In this document: in pieces, positions 9,259-18,165 of the stretch | How the letters are laid out: each line of letters starts with the position of its first letter | How positions within the stretch are numbered: position 1 is the first letter of the stretch | Source of the DNA: Candidatus Obscuribacterales bacterium | GTDB taxonomy: Bacteria > Cyanobacteriota > Vampirovibrionia > Obscuribacterales > Obscuribacteraceae | Assembly: GCA_965228855.1 (NCBI GenBank) | Contig: CBDDIJ010000005.1 | Location: forward strand, 352,001-416,000 | DNA: 64,000 bases | Direction: 5' to 3' | Position numbers and translations under genes: made by a program | The notes under the pieces: generated by a model | The model's database searches: none | The model's input: the letters and a program-made list of their open reading frames with translations, nothing else | Told to the model about the DNA's origin: nothing

Positions 9259-10671
9259 TCACTGGAAGGGCACAAATTTAAACATACACGCGAGAATCAA
9301 CCCGGCAACGGAGCATAACCAGGCATAGAGAACGGTTTTCTTAAACAATGTCTGGGTGTCTGTTCCGAGGTATGTGGCAATCCAGATGTTGTGCGTGTTA
9401 GTCGGGTCGCAGATGCCTTGAACCTGGCCGACTGACATCAGCATGCCCATGATCGCCTGACCCGAGAGGCGCGTGGAGTTTTGAACAAGTGTAATCAATC
9501 CGCTCCCCATGCCCCACAAGCTTAACGGTCCTCGGTAGAGAGCCAGAGGAGTCATAAGGGTGAAGACGATGACATAGGGAATTGCGGTTGTTGGAATGAT
9601 CCCGGCAATAATTGGACTTATGGCACCTGCGACCTTCGCATGACTCACAGAGGCGATCAGCATGCCGATACCGATCATCAAGAAAATTGCCGGAATGACG
9701 GTAGTGATACCATCTATAATGGCGCGCGTCAGCATAGTGATCGAATCTTTCTGCCATGTAGCGAGCACTCCGAACGCTATCGCAGCGACAAAGGCAGGCA
9801 TGATCCCCCACCCGCACGCCAGTACAAGAAACAATGGCAAAACCGGTGTGATCAATGCTAGCCATGTAAGTGAAGCCGTTTTGCTCCGACTTCGCATGAT
9901 GGCATTCAAAACCATCAGGCCGCAGACCACCAATGCTGCCGGCATCGACCAGGGCGCCACCGTCTGAACTGCAGACGACGTAGTCGGATTGAATCCTGCG
10001 TGCAATCCAAAGGACGCCGCAAGCAAGACACCCACGCCACCAATAAAATATTTGATGTTTTTCGCATTCTGCAACTCGATGGCGAGAAACAGCATAACCG
10101 CAAAGCAAATGATAAACGCAAAAGGAACGATAAATTGGATGATCGTGGTTTGATCGACTTTAAGAACGTCGACATAAAACTGCCAATTCGCAAGATTGAA
10201 CATGCCACCAAGACTGATACCAAACAAATAAAGACCGCCTGCAGTAGCAGTCGAGATTCCAATCGAAAGCATGACCGGCAAAATAATCGTGCCTATCATA
10301 ATTACCGCTCCCAATCCACCCAGCGTAGAGAAGAGAAGAGCAGTTACGATTGTAAGAATCATTCCAAGCACATAGGGATTGTCACCGGCAAATTCAGCAA
10401 CCCAGCGAACAAGCGCCTTGGCTATGCCGTGCCGATTCATGAGTTCGGCGAGAACCGCGCCGAACATCGTTGTCGTATATGCCGAGTGCAGCTTCACCGA
10501 GCCCTTGGTGATAACTTCGTCTAGAATATCCGGTCCCGGAATTCCACCAACCATTGCAATAGCGATCGCCATGATCGGAAGCGCAAGCAAAGCCGATACG
10601 CGCCTCGTATACATGAGACCGGCCATGATCAAAAATACGACTATGATTGCGGCAGCGACGAAAGCGGACAT
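9259..10671 (-). CDS. Ion-transporter superfamily permease (citrate/GntP-like)
   Basis: Many TM helices with motifs LALPIMA, LGGLGAVIMIG, LALYRGPL and DPTNT. Located 9 bp upstream of the hydantoinase-family gene. Confidence 0.8.
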   Translation of the reverse strand: MSAFVAAAIIVVFLIMAGLMYTRRVSALLALPIMAIAIAMVGGIPGPDILDEVITKGSVKLHSAYTTTMFGAVLAELMNRHGIAKALVRWVAEFAGDNPYVLGMILTIVTALLFSTLGGLGAVIMIGTIILPVMLSIGISTATAGGLYLFGISLGGMFNLANWQFYVDVLKVDQTTIIQFIVPFAFIICFAVMLFLAIELQNAKNIKYFIGGVGVLLAASFGLHAGFNPTTSSAVQTVAPWSMPAALVVCGLMVLNAIMRSRSKTASLTWLALITPVLPLFLVLACGWGIMPAFVAAIAFGVLATWQKDSITMLTRAIIDGITTVIPAIFLMIGIGMLIASVSHAKVAGAISPIIAGIIPTTAIPYVIVFTLMTPLALYRGPLSLWGMGSGLITLVQNSTRLSGQAIMGMLMSVGQVQGICDPTNTHNIWIATYLGTDTQTLFKKTVLYAWLCSVAGLILACMFKFVPFQ

Positions 10672-10767
10672 CGGTAGTACGTGCAGAGACTCGTAGAATC
10701 ACATAATTGTACTCTGCTTTGGCTGAGAAAAACCTAGCACTCCCGCATATATCCAGCATATCGAGGA

Positions 10768-11028
10768 TTACAAGCCGGCAACGAAATCCTTCACTTTTTT
10801 CGGCAGATCCGCAACCTTAGCCTTGCTGGCGTCATAATCCCAGACCTTTTTGTCGGTCTTGATCTCGCCGGCAGGAAGTTGCTCGTCTCCGATATCACCC
10901 GCATCCGTGTACTCACTCGTGTCGATTTTGTCATCTTCTTTGGCGTCGCCATTCTTCACATTGACGTCCTCGTCAGCAGTTTCGACGACCTCGTCGGAAA
11001 CATCTTTATAGTCCTTAGATTTACTCAT
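10768..11028 (-). CDS. Small acidic hypothetical protein (86 aa)
   Basis: ATG overlaps the upstream stop (TAATG), with GAGGG upstream. D/E/K-rich. Confidence 0.7.
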   Translation of the reverse strand: MSKSKDYKDVSDEVVETADEDVNVKNGDAKEDDKIDTSEYTDAGDIGDEQLPAGEIKTDKKVWDYDASKAKVADLPKKVKDFVAGL

Positions 11029-11372
11029 TAGTGTCCCTCTTTCCTCTCTATAGTCCATCCCGACTTGTCGGATCTAGCGTCGGGGTTACCTTCAGCGACC
11101 TGATAGATCTCTTCTTCCACGTCGTTATATAGCATTCCATCACCGACTTGCTGCGGAAGACCGGGATCACGCGAGGTTTCTCCCAGCTTCTCGAGTTCCT
11201 TTTCCAGGTTCTCGATTGCTCTGTCATACCGAGGCAAACAACCACTATGCAAACTGTTATTTACGTACTTCCCATCGTGTAATTGCTTCTGCAACTTCAA
11301 ATTTTCCAATGTGTTTTTAAGGTATGTTCTGTCCATCGTAGCCGACCCATCCACCTGTTTATCCAGCAGCAC
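11028..11372 (-). CDS. Small hypothetical protein (start 11372 GTG or 11336 ATG)
   Basis: AAGGAG 7 nt before GTG, coiled-coil-like segment, translationally coupled to the next ORF. Confidence 0.7.
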   Translation of the reverse strand: MLLDKQVDGSATMDRTYLKNTLENLKLQKQLHDGKYVNNSLHSGCLPRYDRAIENLEKELEKLGETSRDPGLPQQVGDGMLYNDVEEEIYQVAEGNPDARSDKSGWTIERKEGH

Positions 11373-11546
11373 CGCTGGTCTCCTTCCTAGACATTAAGAT
11401 CACGCCCAAGTTCCAATATGTTAAACACGAGTGAAAGAGGTGAAAGCCGGGAAAAAGCAAATATGCGGACGTCTAACAGCGCCAGACAGAAGACGCCGCG
11501 ACCGAATTATCGTTCACAACCTTTCTGAAGCTTGCTAAGGTAGTTC

Positions 11547-14500
11547 ATGGACTGGCCGAATCCCCAAGATTACAACGAATCGATCCAGCATCCCCATCTC
11601 TGCTTCTCCAGAGAAGACTTAAGAAGCGCGCAAATTGAGGTCAACGCGATCGGCTTGCCTCGCCCCGTCACTGGCGCCTTCGCAAGTGTTTACAAGGCAA
11701 TCAATTCTGACGGAACATTCGCTATTCGCTGTTTTCACACCGACGTACCAGATCTTGCCAGACGATACGCGGAAATCTTGAGTGAATTCAGGTCGTGGAA
11801 CTCAAAGTGTGTAATAGACACCGAGTATATCGAGGAAGGCATTTTCATTCGCGGTCGCTGGTACCCCATCGTGAAAATGAACTGGGCGGACGGTTTACCA
11901 CTGGATCGCTATCTTGCTAAACATGGTCAGAACCAGACAAAAGTCACGAATGTAGCAAAACAGCTGCGCTCCATCCTCGACGATTTAAAAGCGCGCGGTA
12001 TCGCCCACGGTGACCTACAGCATGGAAACATCCTTGTCTGCGGAGATGAAGTTAAGCTTCTAGATTACGATGGATTCTTCGTGCCGGCGCTCAAGGGACT
12101 CAAAAGCGCCGAACTTGGGCATGCAAACTATCAACATCCGTACCGCACTCGTGAACATTTTGGCAGCTACATAGACAATTTTCCGGCCTGGCTCATCACA
12201 GTCTCTCTCCTGAGCATCGCCGCAGATCCGGAACTTCTCAGCGTCGGTCACGACCGTGAGTGCCTCCTGTTTGCACATTCAGATCTCGTGTCTCCATACG
12301 AGTCCGAATTGTTCAAGAGACTCAGAGAACATCCACTTGATGAAATCAAAGAAGCCAGCCGCACTCTGATTCGTTTGCTCAGCTGCCCCGTGGAGTCAAT
12401 CCCCTTCCTGGACGCTAGCGAAGACGAGTTGCTCGATCTCCCGGAGATGGATCTGGGCGAACAAATACGATTGATCGACAACGTTTCAGAAACAGACTCT
12501 TTTCGCTTTCTCGAGCGTCCCCAGTCGCTTGCCGCGCTAGAGCAGTTGAGCACGTCGAAAAGAGTAAACAAGAATAGATTTGGCGCCCTGTTAAAACAAG
12601 CGTCGGCACAGGGCGCAGCCATGTTGTCTTCCATGATGAAACAGAATATGTCCACGCGCGAGAATGCAGCGCGTGGAGACAGCGCCTACGCAAAAGGAGA
12701 TTACGATGAAGCCATCGAATACTATCTCCGAGCATGGGAACAAACAAACGCGACAATTGAAGCCGACACAAAGCGAGGCGGAACGCGCGCGAAAGTTGGT
12801 CTGAGAAAACTAGACGATCACTTGAACATGCGGCTCGGTATCTGTCAGCTGATGAACAACAACGCCGGATCAGCTGTCTTCCACTTTAAAAACATCGTAG
12901 AAAAAGTACATGCACAGTCGAAAAACTCTTTTACTCTAGAAGCGATTGTCGGATTGATGATGGCTTACTGTCAGCAAAACCGAGCGAAAGACGCTTTGAA
13001 ATTGATGCAGGAGATGTGCGAACTGGAGAGCTTCAAAACCGCAGTCATCTCACCAGAGGAGCTTTCCGTATTGATGCTGGCTTACGGAAATGGCATGCTT
13101 GCTCAAGTTCCCGGTTTAAAGAAAGCACTACGAGTGGTGGCAAAGTATTTTGAACAGCAGCGGCAGTATGAATATGCCGCTTCACTTTACGCCTCGTCGC
13201 GAGAGCAAGAGGAAGCAGGCACTGAGAGGGAGTTGGAACTATCGCTAGTCATTGGACACTGCCACATACTTGATGGCAGACCTGACCTTGCGATGGGTTT
13301 TCTTAACAGTATCAGGAGCGCGCCAAACGCCAGTGAGCAAATTCTGGATCGAGCAGCGGTGGCACAAGCGGTGGCATTTAAGATGACAAACGAGCGACAG
13401 GATGTCGCAAAAGTGATGAGAACCCGACTGCCGGAAAACCTCTACAACTGTTTCAAAAGCGAAGCCGATGGTTTGCTGGGAAATCTGGAGGTATTTGCAG
13501 AGGTGATCGCCGCATTCGGCGCCGAGCTCGGAGAAGCTAACCTTATGGGCGGAGTGCGCATGGCGACTCGGCTGGCAGCGGATAATTTCAAACGCATCGA
13601 TGACAAAAACTCTATCGAAGAAATCAATCGCCTTCTGAATACAAATAACTTTGAGGCAGCAGACAAACTCGTTACGGAAGAGTTTCTTCAGGACGCAAAT
13701 CTGAGACGCAAGTTCTACAACAAGGCACAGATCTGCGCACGAAACCTCGCGTCATCTGGTTCTTACAGACAAGCATTCACTATATTGGCAAAATATGATT
13801 GCCCCCAAGATCTGGTAGTAGAGGCAATTGAAAACGACATTTGTGATTCAGTTCGCAGAGAGACCCGAGAGTTGAGATGGGACAGTGCCCGATTCGAACG
13901 CACGATTTCTTCAATGGAAGCCTATTTCAGCGAAGTGACGCCGAGACCAGAATTTTTCAAAAATTTGAGTGATTTGATTATCGCCAGCAACGACCGCACC
14001 GATGAATTTCTAACGGACGTTCGAAGACTGGCGGATGTGATGGCAAGTCGCCTTCCTGATGGCGGCTCGAATCAACTAGTCTTGAGAATGCGCGCCTTCG
14101 TTTTAGAAGCAGAAACAAACGAAGGCGATGATTTTAGGGAGACGGCTAAGCCGCAGAAGTCAGAATCCGCGCTCGGTGCTCAACTCATGAAAGCGACTCG
14201 GGCAGCAACAGTGTCGACAACTGAATCGACGAGAGCAAGACAACTGGAGGGCGAAGTTTTACAGACTCTGCGAATGTGCTCCCAAACAAATTGGGATGCG
14301 GCAAAATTTGAATCTGTGCTCGAACAATTTCACGAGATGAAGCGTCAGCGATCTCTTACGAAAACATTCTGCGATAAGGTTGCCTCGATAATCTTGGAAC
14401 ACTTTGCCCCGTCAAGCGGCTTGACGAGATGGAATAAACAGGCCAGCGATCTTTTAGAAGAACACGCCAGACAATTAGAATCGACGTTGACAGCGATGAT

Positions 14501-14588
14501 GGGAATTTTCGCATCGGTACCGGACATCGACCCGGGCACTCTGAGAAAGTTGAGACGGTGCATGGAAAGATTTGAAAAGCGCGGTTAA
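11547..14588 (+). CDS. Atypical protein-kinase-fold domain (WPxPQDY / HGDLQHGN type) fused to TPR/helical repeats
   Basis: GAFASVYK, AIRCF, HGDLQHGN, LLDYDG, GHANYQHP; TPR-like GDSAYAKGDYDEAIEYY. Confidence 0.85.
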   Translation: MDWPNPQDYNESIQHPHLCFSREDLRSAQIEVNAIGLPRPVTGAFASVYKAINSDGTFAIRCFHTDVPDLARRYAEILSEFRSWNSKCVIDTEYIEEGIFIRGRWYPIVKMNWADGLPLDRYLAKHGQNQTKVTNVAKQLRSILDDLKARGIAHGDLQHGNILVCGDEVKLLDYDGFFVPALKGLKSAELGHANYQHPYRTREHFGSYIDNFPAWLITVSLLSIAADPELLSVGHDRECLLFAHSDLVSPYESELFKRLREHPLDEIKEASRTLIRLLSCPVESIPFLDASEDELLDLPEMDLGEQIRLIDNVSETDSFRFLERPQSLAALEQLSTSKRVNKNRFGALLKQASAQGAAMLSSMMKQNMSTRENAARGDSAYAKGDYDEAIEYYLRAWEQTNATIEADTKRGGTRAKVGLRKLDDHLNMRLGICQLMNNNAGSAVFHFKNIVEKVHAQSKNSFTLEAIVGLMMAYCQQNRAKDALKLMQEMCELESFKTAVISPEELSVLMLAYGNGMLAQVPGLKKALRVVAKYFEQQRQYEYAASLYASSREQEEAGTERELELSLVIGHCHILDGRPDLAMGFLNSIRSAPNASEQILDRAAVAQAVAFKMTNERQDVAKVMRTRLPENLYNCFKSEADGLLGNLEVFAEVIAAFGAELGEANLMGGVRMATRLAADNFKRIDDKNSIEEINRLLNTNNFEAADKLVTEEFLQDANLRRKFYNKAQICARNLASSGSYRQAFTILAKYDCPQDLVVEAIENDICDSVRRETRELRWDSARFERTISSMEAYFSEVTPRPEFFKNLSDLIIASNDRTDEFLTDVRRLADVMASRLPDGGSNQLVLRMRAFVLEAETNEGDDFRETAKPQKSESALGAQLMKATRAATVSTTESTRARQLEGEVLQTLRMCSQTNWDAAKFESVLEQFHEMKRQRSLTKTFCDKVASIILEHFAPSSGLTRWNKQASDLLEEHARQLESTLTAMMGIFASVPDIDPGTLRKLRRCMERFEKRG

Positions 14589-15352
14589 CGCGTTTCCAGC
14601 TTCGTCACTGGTCTTTCTTCGTCACCTCGCGACTGTGTTGCGCTTGCACGAGCTTCAAGCAACTTCGTCATCTCTGACGACGAGTTGGAAAAGCTCTGCT
14701 CGATTGCATCGCTTTCCGAAATTGGGTTCAATCCGTGATTGGTTAAGCGATCGTACTCTCGCGTAACCATCAAAGCATAGTCGAAAACGGTTCCACGATA
14801 GTTAGAGTTCAACTGGTTTATAGCGCGCTTGTATGCGTCATGGACAGCGAGTTCGACGCTTGCACCTTCGCCCCTGTATTCGGAGGTGTAGGTTTGAACT
14901 GCATAATGCTTTAGAATATCGCCGGCGAATTGGTAAACACGCTCAGCAATCATGCGATGTCCCTCCTCATGCCTGATGCACTTCTGAGGTGCCCCCGGTG
15001 GCAACCAGATAACCACAGGTAGAGACATCGAGGCATGAACGTCTTTCGGCCGGATCGTGACGAACCAGCGTCCATGCCGCTCGTCCTTTTGCAAAATGTC
15101 GACATCGTCGAACCGAACCTTGAGGTTAAACGCGAACTCGGTAAGAGCTTTTTGACCCTTTTCAAGTTTCGGCTGCGGAGTGAATGGAATCCACGGGTTA
15201 AATTCTTTACGCTCGACAGTGGGAGCGGCTTTCTCAACGAAGACCTTTTCGGACTCATCCAGTGCGATGCCATCAGCTGCGGTGGCAGCGCCGGCAGATA
15301 AAAACAGAAACGCAAATAACTGAGGTAATTTTGAAAGAACTCGGAGCCGCAT
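14585..15352 (-). CDS. Exported putative Zn-metallopeptidase (DUF922-like)
   Basis: Signal peptide (LFAFLFLSAGAATAA), HEEGH motif, YDRLTNHG motif. Confidence 0.6.
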   Translation of the reverse strand: MRLRVLSKLPQLFAFLFLSAGAATAADGIALDESEKVFVEKAAPTVERKEFNPWIPFTPQPKLEKGQKALTEFAFNLKVRFDDVDILQKDERHGRWFVTIRPKDVHASMSLPVVIWLPPGAPQKCIRHEEGHRMIAERVYQFAGDILKHYAVQTYTSEYRGEGASVELAVHDAYKRAINQLNSNYRGTVFDYALMVTREYDRLTNHGLNPISESDAIEQSFSNSSSEMTKLLEARASATQSRGDEERPVTKLETR

Positions 15353-15418
15353 TCAGGTCAACGTTCCAACTAAGTCATGTTATCATCCTACCAGCTTCTT
15401 ACTAATGCGATTGAAACC

Positions 15419-16162
15419 ATGACATTCAACGATCATTTTTCGACTCAAGCAGCAACCTATCGCCGTTTTCGGCCAATGTATCCGAAAGAATTGTTCGATT
15501 ATCTAGCGTCGATCACGCCAGCTCATAAGAGAGCCTGGGATTGTGCGACTGGTAACGGACAGGCAGCGGTCGCACTCGCTGACTACTTTGACAAGGTCAC
15601 CGCCACTGATGCCAGCGAAGAGCAAATCCGTGAAGCGATAACTCACCCTAAGGTTTTGTACGACATATCCACCGCTGAAAATAGCGAGCTGGACGATAAT
15701 TCCCAGGATTTGATCACCATCGCAAATGCTCTGCATTGGTTTGATATGGATGCATTCTTTCTGGAGGCAAAACGCGTTCTCAAGAAGAAAGGTATTATTG
15801 CGGCGTGGTGCTATGGCGCGTTTTCGATCGAAGACAGCGTGAGTTCGGCGTTCGAGCGCATATACACAGACCTTGAGCCGTTCTGGCCGCGGCAGATAAA
15901 TCACGTGAGAGACGAATATAAATCAATCGAGTTTCCCTTTAAGGAACTCGACCATCCTGATTTCCTTATGGAGCTCGATTGGAACTTAGCTCAGTGCCTC
16001 GGATATATGTCCAGTTGGTCTGCGATTCAAAATTATCGAAAACAGCATGGCAAAGATCCGATCGAGACACACTTCGATCTGATTTGCGACGCCTGGGGTG
16101 ACTATTCGAAAAAACGCAAAGTCACATGGCAAGTACACCTTCGAGTAGGACGGGTGAAGTAG
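15419..16162 (+). CDS. Class I SAM-dependent methyltransferase
   Basis: DHFS..A..Y..FRP.YP, WDCATGNGQ, ANALHWFD. Confidence 0.93.
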   Translation: MTFNDHFSTQAATYRRFRPMYPKELFDYLASITPAHKRAWDCATGNGQAAVALADYFDKVTATDASEEQIREAITHPKVLYDISTAENSELDDNSQDLITIANALHWFDMDAFFLEAKRVLKKKGIIAAWCYGAFSIEDSVSSAFERIYTDLEPFWPRQINHVRDEYKSIEFPFKELDHPDFLMELDWNLAQCLGYMSSWSAIQNYRKQHGKDPIETHFDLICDAWGDYSKKRKVTWQVHLRVGRVK

Positions 16163-16329
16163 GCGTGGTTGCACACGCGCCATATCACGCCAATCAAAAT
16201 TTTCCCAGGTGGTAAAACCCGAGATTGAATCTAGTCATTCCCCCAGAATGTTCTTGAGTCTAATGGCAGTGCGCCTTTTGACCGGTCCCAATAGACTGGG
16301 TTTCATGTCGAGCGCATTGGGACAAGACT

Positions 16330-18054
16330 ATGAACAACAACCAAAATCAAGGCGGCCTTCTGGTGCCAGCCTTACGAGACCCTCTGGTAGCAACCTCTCT
16401 ATCGGTTATCCCAGGGTTGGGACAAATTTACAATCTGGAGCCGCGCAAAGGCGTTCTCTTTTTCCTGGTTGGCTTTACGAACATAATTCTTATTGGAACG
16501 CTTGCCTGGAGCCAACAATTAGTCAATGCTCTAAAAGCCATAGGCACCGAATACAATATCACTCCCAATAGTGATGTCGCTCACGCACTAGCTGGAATGC
16601 ATTTTGGCAGTGCCGCGATGAATGTGCTCTTCGTTCTGTTTGCAGCCTTCATCGCTTATGCGATGAGAGACGCATACGATCACGCAAAGACTGTACGGCG
16701 AAATGCGATCTACGCACCGACCGCAATGCATATCTCGGAAGCATCAAGCGGCAGCTATCTCTTCCACGCCGCATTGATGGTTACTCTCTTCATATTCGCG
16801 TTTTTCTTTCTGATGCCGGCACCACCGCAAATTCAGGTGACAACGATTGAATTTGCAAATCCCAAAATTGAAACGCAAAAGCCTCCGAGGGTTAAGACGA
16901 AAGCACGCATAAACGCAGAAGCTCAGCATGACCCCAGACACACTCGCATCGTGAAGAATCCGTCAGAATCGAACAGCGGCGGTCGTCCGCAAACGTTACA
17001 GCGACAGGCGGAGCCGAAGTCTGCAAAACCAGCAGAAGCGAAACCGGAGCCGAAATCCAGTGCAGCAAAGCCGCAGGAAACAAAGCCAACTCCGGTCAAA
17101 CCGCCTGCAGCGGCAGCTCGTCCAGAAATAGCTAAACCTATGGAAACTCCCAAACCGCATATAGCGCCTGTAGCCCAGTCCACTCCATCGCCCGCAAAAC
17201 CCACGCCCTCGCCGATGCAGCCGCAAACACCGCTCAAAGAAGTGCCGCCATTGCCCAGCATGGGTCAACCAAACAGTCCTGCAAAACCGCTGCTCGACCC
17301 GACAAAACTCCTTGCGACATTGACGCCGCAGGGTACTCCGGCGGCATCCACACCACTTCCACAAGCCCATGCCGTTGATGTCAAATCAAATGGGGCACCG
17401 AAATTGGTATCAAGCACCGGAGCGCCCAGCTCCTCTAACGTGCCTGCACCAGCAATTGCGACATCATCAGCCAGACACACTGGAGCAACGGGCCCTAAAA
17501 TCGTGGAGACGGGAAGAGGCGAAAGAGAATCGAAAGGCACCTCGGATTCGACCGGTCCACGCCCCAGCAGAGAACGGAGCAGAGGCGCCAATGAACCTTA
17601 CGGGAAAGGCAGCGATGTCGACAAATTCATAGGCATGACACCCAGCCTGCCTGCTCCAGACAAAGGCGACCATACCGGGACGAAGCAAACTGGCGAGCCA
17701 GGCATGACTTCGAATTCTCGAAAGAGTGACAAAAGTCAATCAGGCGCAAGAGCGGACATCAACTTCGGTCCCTACATGGCAGAGCTGCAGCGCCGCATCA
17801 AGCGCAGTTGGTTTCCTCCAACAGACTCAGCTTCTAAGCGGGTCACTGCCCGATTCACTATTCATGAAAACGGAAAGCTCAGCAATCTTCAGCTCTCCGT
17901 AGCTTCCGGATCGTCAGTGGCGGACCAGGCTGCGCTCAAAGCTATTTCAAACGCAGCTCCTTTCCCGCCGCTACCAGCGGGCTCCCCCGAATCTGTGGAC
18001 ATTGAGTTCAAGTTCGACTACAACGTGTTCAAAGGAACCGGCTCGATCCGCTAG
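16330..18054 (+). CDS. TonB/TolA C-terminal domain protein with N-terminal membrane domain and Pro-rich linker
   Basis: SVIPGLGQIYN TM motif, about 4 TM helices, Pro/Lys-rich linker, C-terminal FGPYMAELQRRIKRSW...SG....DQAAL.AI..AAPFPPLP. Confidence 0.85.
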   Translation: MNNNQNQGGLLVPALRDPLVATSLSVIPGLGQIYNLEPRKGVLFFLVGFTNIILIGTLAWSQQLVNALKAIGTEYNITPNSDVAHALAGMHFGSAAMNVLFVLFAAFIAYAMRDAYDHAKTVRRNAIYAPTAMHISEASSGSYLFHAALMVTLFIFAFFFLMPAPPQIQVTTIEFANPKIETQKPPRVKTKARINAEAQHDPRHTRIVKNPSESNSGGRPQTLQRQAEPKSAKPAEAKPEPKSSAAKPQETKPTPVKPPAAAARPEIAKPMETPKPHIAPVAQSTPSPAKPTPSPMQPQTPLKEVPPLPSMGQPNSPAKPLLDPTKLLATLTPQGTPAASTPLPQAHAVDVKSNGAPKLVSSTGAPSSSNVPAPAIATSSARHTGATGPKIVETGRGERESKGTSDSTGPRPSRERSRGANEPYGKGSDVDKFIGMTPSLPAPDKGDHTGTKQTGEPGMTSNSRKSDKSQSGARADINFGPYMAELQRRIKRSWFPPTDSASKRVTARFTIHENGKLSNLQLSVASGSSVADQAALKAISNAAPFPPLPAGSPESVDIEFKFDYNVFKGTGSIR

Positions 18055-18165
18055 TTGGGACAATTTGATACAAGAGGGAAGCCGGTCTGACGGAGCACGG
18101 CTTCTCGGCTTTGGAAGCATCCTCCGTGGGTATAAGAAAAGAACTCCTTACAAACGACTTTTCTA

